Shown piece after piece: positions 20,720 through 32,351 of a stretch of 64,000 nucleotides of DNA. The DNA comes from an uncultured delta proteobacterium (GTDB lineage: Bacteria; Desulfobacterota; Binatia; UBA9968). Every line of letters begins with the position of its first letter. Position 1 is the first letter of the stretch. The stretch is from positions 32,001 through 96,000 of the forward strand of contig CAVTUQ010000022.1 in NCBI GenBank assembly GCA_963737905.1, given 5' to 3'. The notes under the pieces are model-generated. The model ran no database searches. It was given only the letters and a program-made list of their open reading frames with translations, and was not told the origin of the DNA. A program made the translations under genes and the position numbers.

Positions 20720-22162
20720 TTAAGAGCCGGGTAGAATAACCATATTCTCTAGCGAATCATCCAGCAGTTGACTGGTAATCCGCGGAGGCGTGCCAAGATA
20801 ATTACTAGCCGCAATCACGTGTTCCGCTATAAACTTCGGATGGAATCCGGCAAATGGGACCTTGTGTTTTAGGTAAAACGAGTTGAGAAGATACGCCATG
20901 ATATCTTCAGAGAATGCCAGGCCGTAGGACTCGCAAATCCGACGAAAGATCTCTCTATATTCATCCGCTGTTGGTGGATTAATCTTTAATTTGTAATGGA
21001 CACGGCGAAGCTGGGCAGGATCCATCAATTCTTCAGGTGGGAAGTTGGTTGCAAAAATGACTAATTGATCAAAGAGCAGGGCAAATTTTTTCCCCGTGTG
21101 AAGTGTGAGGTAATCAATTTTTCGCTCCAAAGGAAAAATCCAGCGGTTGAGCAATTCGTGAGGCCGTACCCGCTGGCGGCCAAAATCGTCGATGACGAAT
21201 ATGCCGCCGATGGCCTTCATCTGTAACGGGGCTTCGTAATATTTCGAATGGATATCGAAATCCAAATCTAGCATTTCAAGAGTCAGCTCGCCGCCAGAAA
21301 TGATATACGGTCTCCGACAACGAACCCAACGGGGATCGTATTCCATATGGGGCAAGAACATTGGATGACTGCTCCCGTTAGCACCGTTGGAGTTGGTTGA
21401 CAAAGCCACATGGACCGAGGGATCGAAGATCTTGATGATCTGCCCGTCGGCTTCGATGCAGTAGGGTACATAGACCGGTTGCTCGAAGGCTGAGATGAGA
21501 CCTTCAGCGATAGAGGTTTTTCCATTTCCCGCGGCTCCGTAGAAAAGAATGGCTCTGCCTGAGTTCGACGCCGGCCCGAGTTGTCTAATGATATCCTCGG
21601 ATAGCACTAGATGAGAAAGTGCCTTTTTCAGCTTCTCCATGTTGATGATCTCATTGGTGATCGTCTGTTTTTGGACTTGAATCTGATAGGGTTCGAGTGG
21701 GACCGGCGCCGGACCAATGTACTCGCAGCGCCTGAGGGCTTCGCTTGCCCGCTCCTTGCCCGCGCTGGTGAGAGCATAGCGCATGACATTTTGGCTCTTC
21801 TCGGATGGACCGCGAATTTCAACGAGCGCCTCTTTCTTGGCGAAATCCAGCAAAGCTTCGACGACGCCTCGCGTCAATTTAATCTGCTCTGATATTTCCG
21901 GAATCGTCTGAACGGCGGAGATGTACATGATCCGCAGAACGGAGTTGAGGAGAAAGTTTGCTTCTAATCCGGTTTCCTCGATTGTCTTGGGGACCAAGGG
22001 AGGCTCTTGGAGGATGGACTCGAGTTTTTCACGGGTGATGTAGCCGAGAGCGATTAAGTTGTCGCCAATGCGGCCCCCGGCGATCTTCTGTTGATGGAGA
22101 ACCTTTTTTAGTTGGTCCTCATTAATAAAATTCTTTGCTAATAAAAGTTCGCCGATAGCCAT
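20720..22162 (-). CDS. P-loop (AAA-like) ATPase with N-terminal MshEN-like domain
   Basis: Tandem motifs IGELLLAKNFINEDQLKKVLHQQ / RIGDNLIALGYITREKLESIL; Walker A GAAGNGKTS; Walker B IFVIDD. Confidence 0.85.
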   Translation of the reverse strand: MAIGELLLAKNFINEDQLKKVLHQQKIAGGRIGDNLIALGYITREKLESILQEPPLVPKTIEETGLEANFLLNSVLRIMYISAVQTIPEISEQIKLTRGVVEALLDFAKKEALVEIRGPSEKSQNVMRYALTSAGKERASEALRRCEYIGPAPVPLEPYQIQVQKQTITNEIINMEKLKKALSHLVLSEDIIRQLGPASNSGRAILFYGAAGNGKTSIAEGLISAFEQPVYVPYCIEADGQIIKIFDPSVHVALSTNSNGANGSSHPMFLPHMEYDPRWVRCRRPYIISGGELTLEMLDLDFDIHSKYYEAPLQMKAIGGIFVIDDFGRQRVRPHELLNRWIFPLERKIDYLTLHTGKKFALLFDQLVIFATNFPPEELMDPAQLRRVHYKLKINPPTADEYREIFRRICESYGLAFSEDIMAYLLNSFYLKHKVPFAGFHPKFIAEHVIAASNYLGTPPRITSQLLDDSLENMVILPGS

Positions 22163-22247
22163 CTTTTAAGCCCCTTGCCAGAAAAAGGTTGTTTTTACCT
22201 AGCGTAGCGATTATCATTTCTCGGTATGCACCGCAAAAAACCGTTTC

Positions 22248-22275
22248 ATTATAAGTTACCTGGGGATGCTGTCAA
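22248..22275 (-). promoter_or_regulatory. Consensus sigma70 promoter of the ATPase-activator operon
   Basis: Minus strand TTGACA-N16-TATAAT, about 85 nt upstream of ATG 22162. Confidence 0.8.
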
Positions 22276-22311
22276 GCAAAGCGTCTTCAATCGTCGGATT
22301 GGAAGGGTGGC

Positions 22312-23868
22312 ATGATCGTCTGGCCGCGCTGTCTCAAGGCTCTTTTTTTTGTGGTCGCGGTGGGTTTGTCTGGTTGCGCTACGATGGAAGAAAACCCTAA
22401 GAAAAACCTGCAGTTGGGACTGATAACTACTCCGCCGACATACTACACTACACAAAAGGCCAGATACCTAGGTGAAAAATATAAAACCAACCTCGATCGT
22501 TTAGTCGAGCGCATCGTTCGGAACCCGAAAACTGCGAATCTCCAGTTCGCCAATAACATCGCTTCTGTCGGCGGGATCGGATTTTTTACCCACTCCGCGA
22601 CCACCTCTGTCGATGAACGGTTCCTGGAAATTATCATGGGTGTGCCGGACACCTTCGACTCAAAGCTTGACCATGGCGCAAAAATCCATCGGGTCTTTTC
22701 GCTGTACGGGGAGGAATTGCTGTCAATGCTTGCGAGCGATTCCGATATCTATCAAGAGAAGGAAGTGAATGGATATGGATTAAACCTCTCTTGGAGAAAT
22801 CTCGTTTCCGATGCCGCGGGACCGCGAATCTCATTGGAACGATCTACTCTGTATTTCCCTAAAGCGAGAGTTCGAAGCTTTCTGCGAGGAGATTTAAGTC
22901 AAAATGCCTTTCTGGCCGAAGCTGTAATCTTCGCTGTTGTCGATGACGGTCCAATGAAACTGGTTTCTTACCGGCCGCAAGAATTGAAGCCAGATTCGCG
23001 CAGGTCGATTCAGGAGGAACCGCTGATCGTCGGGCGAATCCCTGCGAAACCGGAGGCGCGATTGGAGCAAGCCGCTTCGCTTGCGCCTGTAGCTAAGCAA
23101 TCAATTAAGGGCAGCGAACAGGGAAAGAACTCTCCTCTACCAAACGATAATTCGGGTGAGGCTAAAGTTCCGACCGGATTGACAGAGAAACTCGCAGATT
23201 GGAACGAAGTGCGCCCTGCAGCTAACAACCCGGGTGAAGCTCCGGTCGCTTCTTCTGCTCCCATCCAAGCTTCGACAAAAGAATTAAAAGAATTATCTGT
23301 AGCTCCCCTCAAGAAGGACGTTGTGGTGGGAAAGCAAGAATCTGCCGACCGTGCGTCTTTAGCGAGTCTAGAACAGAACAATGCGGAAACAGAAAATGTG
23401 CGGCCCGGAGTTGATCTGGCGTCGCTCCCTGTATCTCCAGCGCTTGTTCCGATCACGGATGCACTGAAAGTGGAGGGGGCAATAAAAGATCCGTTGAAGG
23501 AGCAACCATTGTTGGATAGTAGAGAGGCTAAGACAGCAGGAGCACAGTCACTTGCGTTGCCCTCAGCGAAGGTCTTGCAGGGATTCGTGATTCAGCTGGC
23601 GTTTGGCGAGATGGCCGAGGCCCGGCGCTGGGCCGAAGCTCTGGAACAGCGGGGGTTTGCGGTTTCCCTGACCGAGGTGGGTGGTAGCGGAGCGGTGCGC
23701 GTCCGAATCGGGAATTTTACGGGTCGCGACGAAGCGGAGCGAAAGCTTCATGCGCTTCGCCAAGATGGCCTCAAAGGCATTGTTCTCAATCTCCCGCAGG
23801 CCTATCGACCGGAGGTTCATCCGGCGGTTGCTGAGGAGAGTGGAAAAACCGTCTCCGCCGTTCAGTAG
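22312..23868 (+). CDS. Lipoprotein with C-terminal SPOR domain
   Basis: Lipobox LSGC; low-complexity linker; FVIQLAF..VRVRIGNFTGRDEAERK. Confidence 0.82.
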   Translation: MIVWPRCLKALFFVVAVGLSGCATMEENPKKNLQLGLITTPPTYYTTQKARYLGEKYKTNLDRLVERIVRNPKTANLQFANNIASVGGIGFFTHSATTSVDERFLEIIMGVPDTFDSKLDHGAKIHRVFSLYGEELLSMLASDSDIYQEKEVNGYGLNLSWRNLVSDAAGPRISLERSTLYFPKARVRSFLRGDLSQNAFLAEAVIFAVVDDGPMKLVSYRPQELKPDSRRSIQEEPLIVGRIPAKPEARLEQAASLAPVAKQSIKGSEQGKNSPLPNDNSGEAKVPTGLTEKLADWNEVRPAANNPGEAPVASSAPIQASTKELKELSVAPLKKDVVVGKQESADRASLASLEQNNAETENVRPGVDLASLPVSPALVPITDALKVEGAIKDPLKEQPLLDSREAKTAGAQSLALPSAKVLQGFVIQLAFGEMAEARRWAEALEQRGFAVSLTEVGGSGAVRVRIGNFTGRDEAERKLHALRQDGLKGIVLNLPQAYRPEVHPAVAEESGKTVSAVQ

Positions 23869-23915
23869 TCCCAAGGCCCTCGATCGGGTTTGAGCCGAGG
23901 GCAAAAGTAGCGTAG

Positions 23916-25364
23916 CTAATTTCCCTCTGTGAGTTTTCGCTTTAAGATTTCATTTGCCTTTTGCGGGTTGGCCTTGCCCTGAGTTGCCTTCATGACTTGA
24001 CCGACAAGAAAGCCAAATATCTTTTCGTTTCCTGCCTGATAGTCGGCAACCTGTTTAGGATGAGACACCAAGACATGATCGATCGCTTTCTCGATACTTT
24101 CCGAGTCAGAGACCTGCTCGAGCCCCTTTTCCACTACGATCTCTTGCGGTGACCGTCCGGAATCCGCCATCGCTTCGAAAACCGTCTTAGCGATTTTGCC
24201 GCTGATCTTGCCTTGATCAATGAGCGCGATCATGGCCGCGAGATTCTCGGCCTTGACGGGCCAGTTGGTGATGTAGAGCCTTTCGTCAAGCTTGCGCTCT
24301 TTCAGTAAACGAAAGAGATCACCCGTCATCCAATTGGCGATAGCCTTAGGATTCCTGTGGGTTACCAGAGCCGATTCGAAGTAGTCGGCAATATCTTTGC
24401 GGCTGGTCAGAAGCTCCGCGTCGTAGGGGAGGATGTCGTACTGAGAAATTAGACGGGCTTTACGGGCAGCCGGCAACTCAGGTAAGGAGGTTCGAATCTT
24501 ATCAATCCATTCCTCGTCGATTACCACAGGCAATAGATCGGGGTCCGGGAAATAGCGATAATCGTGGGCGAACTCCTTGGTACGCATGGAACGGGTCTCT
24601 TCCCGATCCGGATCCCATAAACGAGTTTCTTGAATCAACCTGCCTCCGTCCGAGAGCGTTTCGGTGTGGCGGCGAATCTCGAATTCAATAGCCTTTTCAA
24701 CCGCCTTGAAAGAGTTGAGATTCTTAAGTTCGACTTTTGTGCCCAGCGCGCTCGTTCCTTCGGGCCTCACTGAGACGTTAGCATCGCAACGAAAGCTGCC
24801 TTCTTCCATATTGCCATCACAGATCCCGAGATACTGAAGAATAGCTCTGAGAGTCCTTAGATAAGTGCCCGCCTCTTCCGCACTTCGGATATCGGGTTCG
24901 CTCACGATCTCCAACAATGGTACGCCAGCGCGGTTGAGATCGACGAGACTCGCGTCGCTCCGCAGATCGTGAATGCTTTTCCCAGCATCCTCTTCCATGT
25001 GGATTCTGGTTAATCGGATGCGTTTGGCGGCGCTGTTCAGAGTGATGTCGATATGGCCATTGATGCAGATGGGAAGTTCGTACTGACTGATCTGATAACC
25101 TTTCGGGAGATCAGGGTAAAAGTAATTTTTGCGCGCCAGACGGCTGGAACGCGCAATCTCGCAATGCGTTGCGAGCCCCGCGCGAATCGCGAATTCCACC
25201 ACTTTCTTATTCAACACCGGCAGGACGCCCGGGAACCCGGTGCAGATCGGACAAGTACTCTGGTTGGGGGCTTGGCCGAACTTCGTCGCGCAGCCGCAAA
25301 AGATCTTCGATTCGGTTAGTAGCTGCGCATGGACTTCGAGGCCGATTACTGTTTCGTATTTCAT
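23916..25364 (-). CDS. gatB: Asp/Glu-tRNA amidotransferase subunit B
   Basis: IGLEVHAQL, YPDLPKGYQISQ, RIHMEEDAGK. Confidence 0.98.
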   Translation of the reverse strand: MKYETVIGLEVHAQLLTESKIFCGCATKFGQAPNQSTCPICTGFPGVLPVLNKKVVEFAIRAGLATHCEIARSSRLARKNYFYPDLPKGYQISQYELPICINGHIDITLNSAAKRIRLTRIHMEEDAGKSIHDLRSDASLVDLNRAGVPLLEIVSEPDIRSAEEAGTYLRTLRAILQYLGICDGNMEEGSFRCDANVSVRPEGTSALGTKVELKNLNSFKAVEKAIEFEIRRHTETLSDGGRLIQETRLWDPDREETRSMRTKEFAHDYRYFPDPDLLPVVIDEEWIDKIRTSLPELPAARKARLISQYDILPYDAELLTSRKDIADYFESALVTHRNPKAIANWMTGDLFRLLKERKLDERLYITNWPVKAENLAAMIALIDQGKISGKIAKTVFEAMADSGRSPQEIVVEKGLEQVSDSESIEKAIDHVLVSHPKQVADYQAGNEKIFGFLVGQVMKATQGKANPQKANEILKRKLTEGN

Positions 25365-25370
25365 GACTGC

Positions 25371-26828
25371 TTACAGATTCGGTTTTCTCTTGTGCCAGTC
25401 CGTGGACTGCTCATAAGCGTAGGCGATGTTCAAGATCGTCGATTCATCAAAGTGCTTTCCTATTATCTGCATGCCGATGGGGAGGCCTTCAGAGTCAAAC
25501 GCACAGGGCAAAGAGAGGGCGGGTAAACCCGCGAGGTTGACGGAGATGGTATAGATGTCTGAAAGGTACATCTGTAATGGGTCCTGGGTTTTCTCGCCGA
25601 TCTTGAACGCCGTTGTTGGAGCTGTCGGAGTGATGATGGCATCGCATGTCTCAAATGCTTCGTCGAAGTCCTTTTTTATCAATGTGCGAACTCTTTGGGC
25701 TTTGAGATAATAGGCGTCATAATAGCCGGCGGAAAGGGCGTAGGTGCCGAGCATGATGCGCCGTTTCACCTCCGGCCCGAATCCTTCTGCGCGACTTAAC
25801 ATGTAAGTTTCAATGAGATCCTTCGCGCGGGCGCGATGGCCGTATCTCATACCGTCATAGCGCGCCAGGTTTGAACTCGCCTCGGCCGTAGCGACGATAT
25901 AATAGACGGCCACCGCGTAATCCGTGTGCGGTAGAGAAATTTCTTCGATGATGGCGCCATTCTTTTCGAGCTGACGAACTGCGTTGCGAAGCGCTTGGTC
26001 TACCTCCGGCTGTATGCCGGAGACGGAATATTCCTTCGGAATACCTAGGCGCAGCCCTTTGACGGCTCCGGTCAACGACGCCGAATAGGGCGGAACCGGC
26101 CGGTTAGCCGAGGTGGAATCCGCCGGGTCGTAGCTGGCTATCGTTTCGAGCATGAGCGCGGAGTCTCTAACGTCTTTGGTCATAGGTCCCACTTGGTCCA
26201 TGGACGAAGCAAAGGCGATGATTCCGTAGCGGCTGACTCGGCCGTAGGTCGGTTTGAGGCCCACGATACCACAAAAGGCCGCCGGTTGGCGGATGGAACC
26301 GCCGGTGTCGGTGCCCAACGCGACGATGCACTGGTCGGCAGCGAGGGCCGCCGCTGAACCGCCGGAAGAGCCGCCGGGAACGCGACTCGTATCCCAGGGA
26401 TTGCGCGTCGAAAAAAATGCCGAGTTCTCCGCTGATGAGCCCATGGCAAATTCATCGAGGTTGGTTTTCCCGATGATGATCGCGCCGCTTGCCCGGAGCT
26501 TCTTGACCGTTGTGCCGTCATAGGGCGGGATGAAGTTTGCGAGAATTTTGGACGCACAAGTGGTTCGAATACCGCGAGTGAGAAAATTATCCTTCACCGC
26601 GATCGGTATCCCGAGAAGAGAGTGGGGATTTGTTTCCGTTTTGAGCAGTCGGTCCGCGTGCTTGGCTTCCTCTAAAGCCGTATCGCGGCAAAGAGTTATA
26701 TAGCAATGGACTTTCTCTTCGGTCTCGGAGATTCGCCGAAAAACGGCCTCTGTAAGCTCCAGCGCCGAACATTCCCGTTTGCGGAGCTTTTCCTTGGCTT
26801 CGTGGAGCGTGAGTGCGGAGAGGCTCAT
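25371..26828 (-). CDS. gatA: Asp/Glu-tRNA amidotransferase subunit A
   Basis: Amidase signature [33 protein letters not shown]. Confidence 0.98.
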   Translation of the reverse strand: MSLSALTLHEAKEKLRKRECSALELTEAVFRRISETEEKVHCYITLCRDTALEEAKHADRLLKTETNPHSLLGIPIAVKDNFLTRGIRTTCASKILANFIPPYDGTTVKKLRASGAIIIGKTNLDEFAMGSSAENSAFFSTRNPWDTSRVPGGSSGGSAAALAADQCIVALGTDTGGSIRQPAAFCGIVGLKPTYGRVSRYGIIAFASSMDQVGPMTKDVRDSALMLETIASYDPADSTSANRPVPPYSASLTGAVKGLRLGIPKEYSVSGIQPEVDQALRNAVRQLEKNGAIIEEISLPHTDYAVAVYYIVATAEASSNLARYDGMRYGHRARAKDLIETYMLSRAEGFGPEVKRRIMLGTYALSAGYYDAYYLKAQRVRTLIKKDFDEAFETCDAIITPTAPTTAFKIGEKTQDPLQMYLSDIYTISVNLAGLPALSLPCAFDSEGLPIGMQIIGKHFDESTILNIAYAYEQSTDWHKRKPNL

Positions 26829-27112
26829 TCAATGATTTTGGGAACCTGAAAGAAGTTGTTCTCTTGTGCCGGTGCGTTGGCTAAGAGAAGTTCGGCGTTA
26901 GGTTCGTTGGTGACGACGTCATCACGCATGGGAATTGTCATGTCCACCGCGCGGGTGAACGGTTCGATCCCGGATGTATCCAATTGGTTGAGCTTTCCCA
27001 TGTACTGCAGGATATTATCTAGCTGTTCTGTAAGGCGTTCTTGGTCCTCCGGCGTTAGTTGCAGCCGGGCCAACATGGCCACCCGTTGGACCTCTTCACG
27101 CGTCAATTTCAT
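26825..27112 (-). CDS. gatC: Asp/Glu-tRNA amidotransferase subunit C
   Basis: [28 protein letters not shown]. Confidence 0.96.
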   Translation of the reverse strand: MKLTREEVQRVAMLARLQLTPEDQERLTEQLDNILQYMGKLNQLDTSGIEPFTRAVDMTIPMRDDVVTNEPNAELLLANAPAQENNFFQVPKIIE

Positions 27113-27323
27113 CAGATTTTTTGTAACATAGCGCCAGATCAATTCCAATCACGTTACCCATAACAGCAGCACAATGCTCGAACCAGATATCTTAGGGCAA
27201 GCAAATTAAGAGCATAGGGGTCATCGGTTTAAGCCGGAATTACCGGTATTGCCCAGATACTATGATCCGTCGAACGATAATTTATTTGCAGTTATTTACC
27301 CTTTTCGGCTAAAAGAAAAGGCG

Positions 27324-28053
27324 ATGGGCGACAATCAGATACCGTTGTCGGAAGAGCTTATTCAACCTCCTGCCCCCGGTGCAATTGAAGAGGAAACGTA
27401 TTCCCGTGGGTTTAAGTGTATTGCCGGATTAGACGAAGTCGGCAGGGGCCCGCTTGCGGGGCCGGTGGTGGCGGCGGCGGTGGTTCTATCTCGGGGGTTT
27501 TCGCACCCGGACATCAAAGACTCCAAGATGTTGAGCCCGAGCCAGCGCGAGACGTTGGTGCCCATTATCAAAGAAAATGCGGTGACCTGGGGACTCGGTA
27601 TCGTCGGAGTCGAAGAAATCGACCGAATTAACATCCTTAGGGCGAGTTTGCACGCTATGGGCAAGGCGCTAAAGGCTTTGCGTCAAACCCCAGATTGTCT
27701 TCTCATCGATGGGAACCAGAAAATCCCCGCTGAATTTTTCCGGGTAAGGTTAATCCCGGGCAAACCTCGGCCGCAACAGAGAACCATTGTCAAGGGAGAC
27801 CAGTTGTGTTTTTCCATTGCCGCGGCATCGATTCTGGCGAAGGTGGTGAGGGATGCAATGATGGTCGAAATCGACAAGAGCTATCCCGAGTACGGCTTTG
27901 CGAGTCACAAAGGATATGCCTGTGTCGCCCATCTCCAAGCACTGCGCCGCTTTGGTCCGTCTCCTGTTCACCGAAGAAGCTTTAAACCTGTGCGCGATGC
28001 TTGCACCGAGAGCGAGGATGCGAGATTAGTGCTCATCCAGGGAAAGCGCGAGA

Positions 28054-28061
<8 letters not shown>
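27324..28061 (+). CDS. rnhB: Ribonuclease HII
   Basis: AGLDEVGRGPLAGPV, DSK, IAAASILAKV, HRRSF. Confidence 0.97.
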
Positions 28062-29728
<1,667 letters not shown>

Positions 29729-29766
29729 TGCCTGTAAAATAGGTTAATTCACAGACTAAGCATACA

Positions 29767-30507
29767 ATGAGTTCCAGTGGGGTCAGTTTTTCGATTGCCT
29801 CCTGCGCCGCTTGGGCTCCAGGGGTGGAGACGAAGGAGGCCTGGAGGGAATGGGCCTACGCAAATTGCGCTATCAGAGGTGATATCGCTGCCCCGGTTCA
29901 AGCAATGCCACCGATGCTACGTCGGCGGGCGGGCTTTCTTGGCAAGATGGCTCTTGAAGTCGCCTATCGGTGTCTGGGTCACCGCATCGATGTTCCTACC
30001 GTCTTCAGCTCCCGACACGGAGAGGCTTCGCGATCAGTTGACCTGCTGTTGGATCTTGCGAAGGGGGTGCCGCTTTCTCCGACGTCATTTGGCCTATCGG
30101 TCCACAACGCTACCGGCGGCCTGTTCTCGATTGGGCGCGGTGATCATGCCAGTGATATCGGGCTATCGGCTGGTAGAAGCAGCGTTGAACATGCTGTTAT
30201 TGAGGCCTGCGGACTGCTTGCGGAGGGTGAGCCTGCAGTGTTGCTCGTAGTATACGATTGCCCTTTGCCGACTCCGTATTGTGTATTTCAAGATTGCGAT
30301 GAACAACCCTTTGCGTGGGCTTGGTTAATGCAGCCTCCGGATGATGAGCTGGTCTCGCTTGCGTGGTCGGATGCTTTGGAACATAGTCCTCAAAGTTTTG
30401 AGCGCTTGCCGGCCGGATTGGAGATCCTGCGTTTCTACTTGCGTAAAGATCCCACCCTCCAACGAATATGTGATACACGTCGGTGGCTTTGGTCCCGTCA
30501 TGTTTAG
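29767..30507 (+). CDS. Ketosynthase chain-length factor (ApeC-like)
   Basis: PPMLRRR, FSSRHGE, SPTSFGLSVHNA; no catalytic Cys; first gene of the cluster. Confidence 0.88.
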   Translation: MSSSGVSFSIASCAAWAPGVETKEAWREWAYANCAIRGDIAAPVQAMPPMLRRRAGFLGKMALEVAYRCLGHRIDVPTVFSSRHGEASRSVDLLLDLAKGVPLSPTSFGLSVHNATGGLFSIGRGDHASDIGLSAGRSSVEHAVIEACGLLAEGEPAVLLVVYDCPLPTPYCVFQDCDEQPFAWAWLMQPPDDELVSLAWSDALEHSPQSFERLPAGLEILRFYLRKDPTLQRICDTRRWLWSRHV

Positions 30508-31270
30508 TAGTCTTATCCGTTATTGGCGAGTGTTCGGTACCGGGTTGAGTTTCGTTACGGTCGGCATTGGCGGAGTTTTCTTATTTCCCGCGCTCAATAT
30601 TGTCATTCGAAGCCGGCAGCTGCGTTCAGTTATCGCGCGCGATGTAATCAGGTTAACTTTCCGCTTTATCGTTGAGCTGATGCGACTGATGGGCGTGTTT
30701 CGGTATGAAATTAGCGGACTGGAACGACTGGAACGCTACGGACTGCTGATTCTTGCCAACCATCCGACACTCATCGATATTGTGTTTCTCATGGCCTTTG
30801 TCAAGCGGGCCGACTGCATCGTCAAGAGCGAGCTTTGGCGCAACCCGTTCACCCATGCCACGGTTCGTGCCGCGGCCTATGTTCGCAATGATGATTATGG
30901 TGCCCAACTCATTGAAGACTGCGTTGCAGCAGTTCGCTGTGGTGGTAATCTGATCATTTTTCCTGAAGGTACGCGCACGCGCGCGAACGGCTCGATCACT
31001 CTTAAACGGGGCGCGGCGAATATTGCGGTGCGTGCTCAGTGCAACGTTACGCCGGTGCTTATACGCTGTGCGCCTCCGATGCTGGTCAAGGGAGAAAGAT
31101 GGTGGCGGCTGCCGTCTCGCCCGTCGTATTACCGCATTGAGGTGCAAGAGGACATCGATATCCGGCATTTTATCACTGAAGCCGGTAGCAATGTTTTAGC
31201 CGCTCGGCGGCTTACCGATCATTTGCAGGATTATTTTACTCAGGAGAAAGCACGTCATGGGGTCGGTTGA
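30500..31270 (+). CDS. PlsC-like acyltransferase (ApeD-like)
   Basis: ANHPTLID, IFPEGTR. Confidence 0.92.
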   Translation: MFSSLIRYWRVFGTGLSFVTVGIGGVFLFPALNIVIRSRQLRSVIARDVIRLTFRFIVELMRLMGVFRYEISGLERLERYGLLILANHPTLIDIVFLMAFVKRADCIVKSELWRNPFTHATVRAAAYVRNDDYGAQLIEDCVAAVRCGGNLIIFPEGTRTRANGSITLKRGAANIAVRAQCNVTPVLIRCAPPMLVKGERWWRLPSRPSYYRIEVQEDIDIRHFITEAGSNVLAARRLTDHLQDYFTQEKARHGVG

Positions 31271-31517
31271 GGACGAAGTAAAACGACTGATCATCGATGT
31301 TCTTCAACTTGAAGACATCACTCCGGCCGACATCGATGCTGACGCGCCCTTATTTATCAATGGACTTGGGTTGGACTCCATCGACGCGCTCGAATTGGGG
31401 GTGGCCCTCCATAAGCGTTATGGGATATCCCTGTCGGGCGATGCAGAAGAGGTTCGTCGCCACTTTGCGTCAGTGAGTTCGCTCGCCGCCATGATCGCCA
31501 GTCACAGGACGAAATGA
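31257..31517 (+). CDS. Acyl carrier protein (ApeE-like)
   Basis: GLGLDSIDALEL phosphopantetheine site. Confidence 0.93.
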   Translation: MGSVEDEVKRLIIDVLQLEDITPADIDADAPLFINGLGLDSIDALELGVALHKRYGISLSGDAEEVRRHFASVSSLAAMIASHRTK

Positions 31518-31532
31518 AGGGGGGACTAAGCT

Positions 31533-31796
31533 ATGGCTTTATCCAATGTGGTAACTAACGAGGACATTTACCCGATGTTGGTCGATATGTTGCATGAGAT
31601 GTTCGAGTTGGATAAGTCGAAAATAACGCTTGAAGCGAATCTGTACTCCGATCTCGATATCGATAGCATCGATGCCGTTGATCTTGCGGTCAAGCTAAAG
31701 GAACTTACGGGCAAGAGACTGCAGCCGGAGGTTTTTAAGAGTGTCCGCACGGTTCAGGATGTCGTCAACGCGTTAGCCTCACTCCAGGCAAAGTAA
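31533..31796 (+). CDS. Acyl carrier protein (ApeF-like)
   Basis: DLDIDSIDAVDL. Confidence 0.93.
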   Translation: MALSNVVTNEDIYPMLVDMLHEMFELDKSKITLEANLYSDLDIDSIDAVDLAVKLKELTGKRLQPEVFKSVRTVQDVVNALASLQAK

Positions 31797-31802
31797 TCCC
31801 CG

Positions 31803-32351
31803 ATGTCTGTGTCAAGTCTAGTGATGATCTGCATCACCTTGATTTATCCCCTGGCCGTCTGGCTCGGCCAGGGGCAAATCGAGCCCCGATTTCTCGCCGG
31901 CTTGTTGGTGCTTGTCGGATTGACACGGCTGCATATGCTAAAAATTAGCCAGGCCGGGCGCTGGTGGATAGGAGGGACGTTGCTTCTTTTCATGGTGGCC
32001 GTGTGGAGCAACGTGTTGCTTCCCTTGAAACTTTATCCGGTGTTGGTGAATGCAGCGCTCTTGGGCGTATTCGCTTACAGCCTTATTTCCCCTCCTTCGA
32101 TGATCGAGCGTTTGGCTCGCATTCGCGAGGCCAATCTTCCGACGCGGGCCATCGGCTATACTCAACGGGTGACGCAAGTCTGGTGTATTTTTTTCGCCGC
32201 TAACGGTGTGATTGCGCTCATCACCGCGTTATGGGCCTCGTCGGCTACCTGGACGTTGTATAACGGAGTCATCGCATATCTAATGATGGGGCTTTTATTT
32301 GCAGGAGAGTATGTCGTTCGTTGGCATTTCAAAAGGCAACTGAATGCCTGA
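31803..32351 (+). CDS. COG4648-type membrane protein (ApeG-like)
   Basis: LKLYPVLVN, PSMIERLAR, YTQRVTQVWC, LYNGVIAY..GEY. Confidence 0.88.
   Translation: MSVSSLVMICITLIYPLAVWLGQGQIEPRFLAGLLVLVGLTRLHMLKISQAGRWWIGGTLLLFMVAVWSNVLLPLKLYPVLVNAALLGVFAYSLISPPSMIERLARIREANLPTRAIGYTQRVTQVWCIFFAANGVIALITALWASSATWTLYNGVIAYLMMGLLFAGEYVVRWHFKRQLNA

Noticed and set aside
20720-22162. PilB/GspE call based on the N-terminus
   Set aside because: The ATPase core lacks the TxEDPVE, LRQDPD and His-box motifs
23876-23902. GCCCTCG..CGAGGGC hairpin between the SPOR gene and gatB as a terminator
   Set aside because: Large loop and no convincing U-tract downstream on either strand
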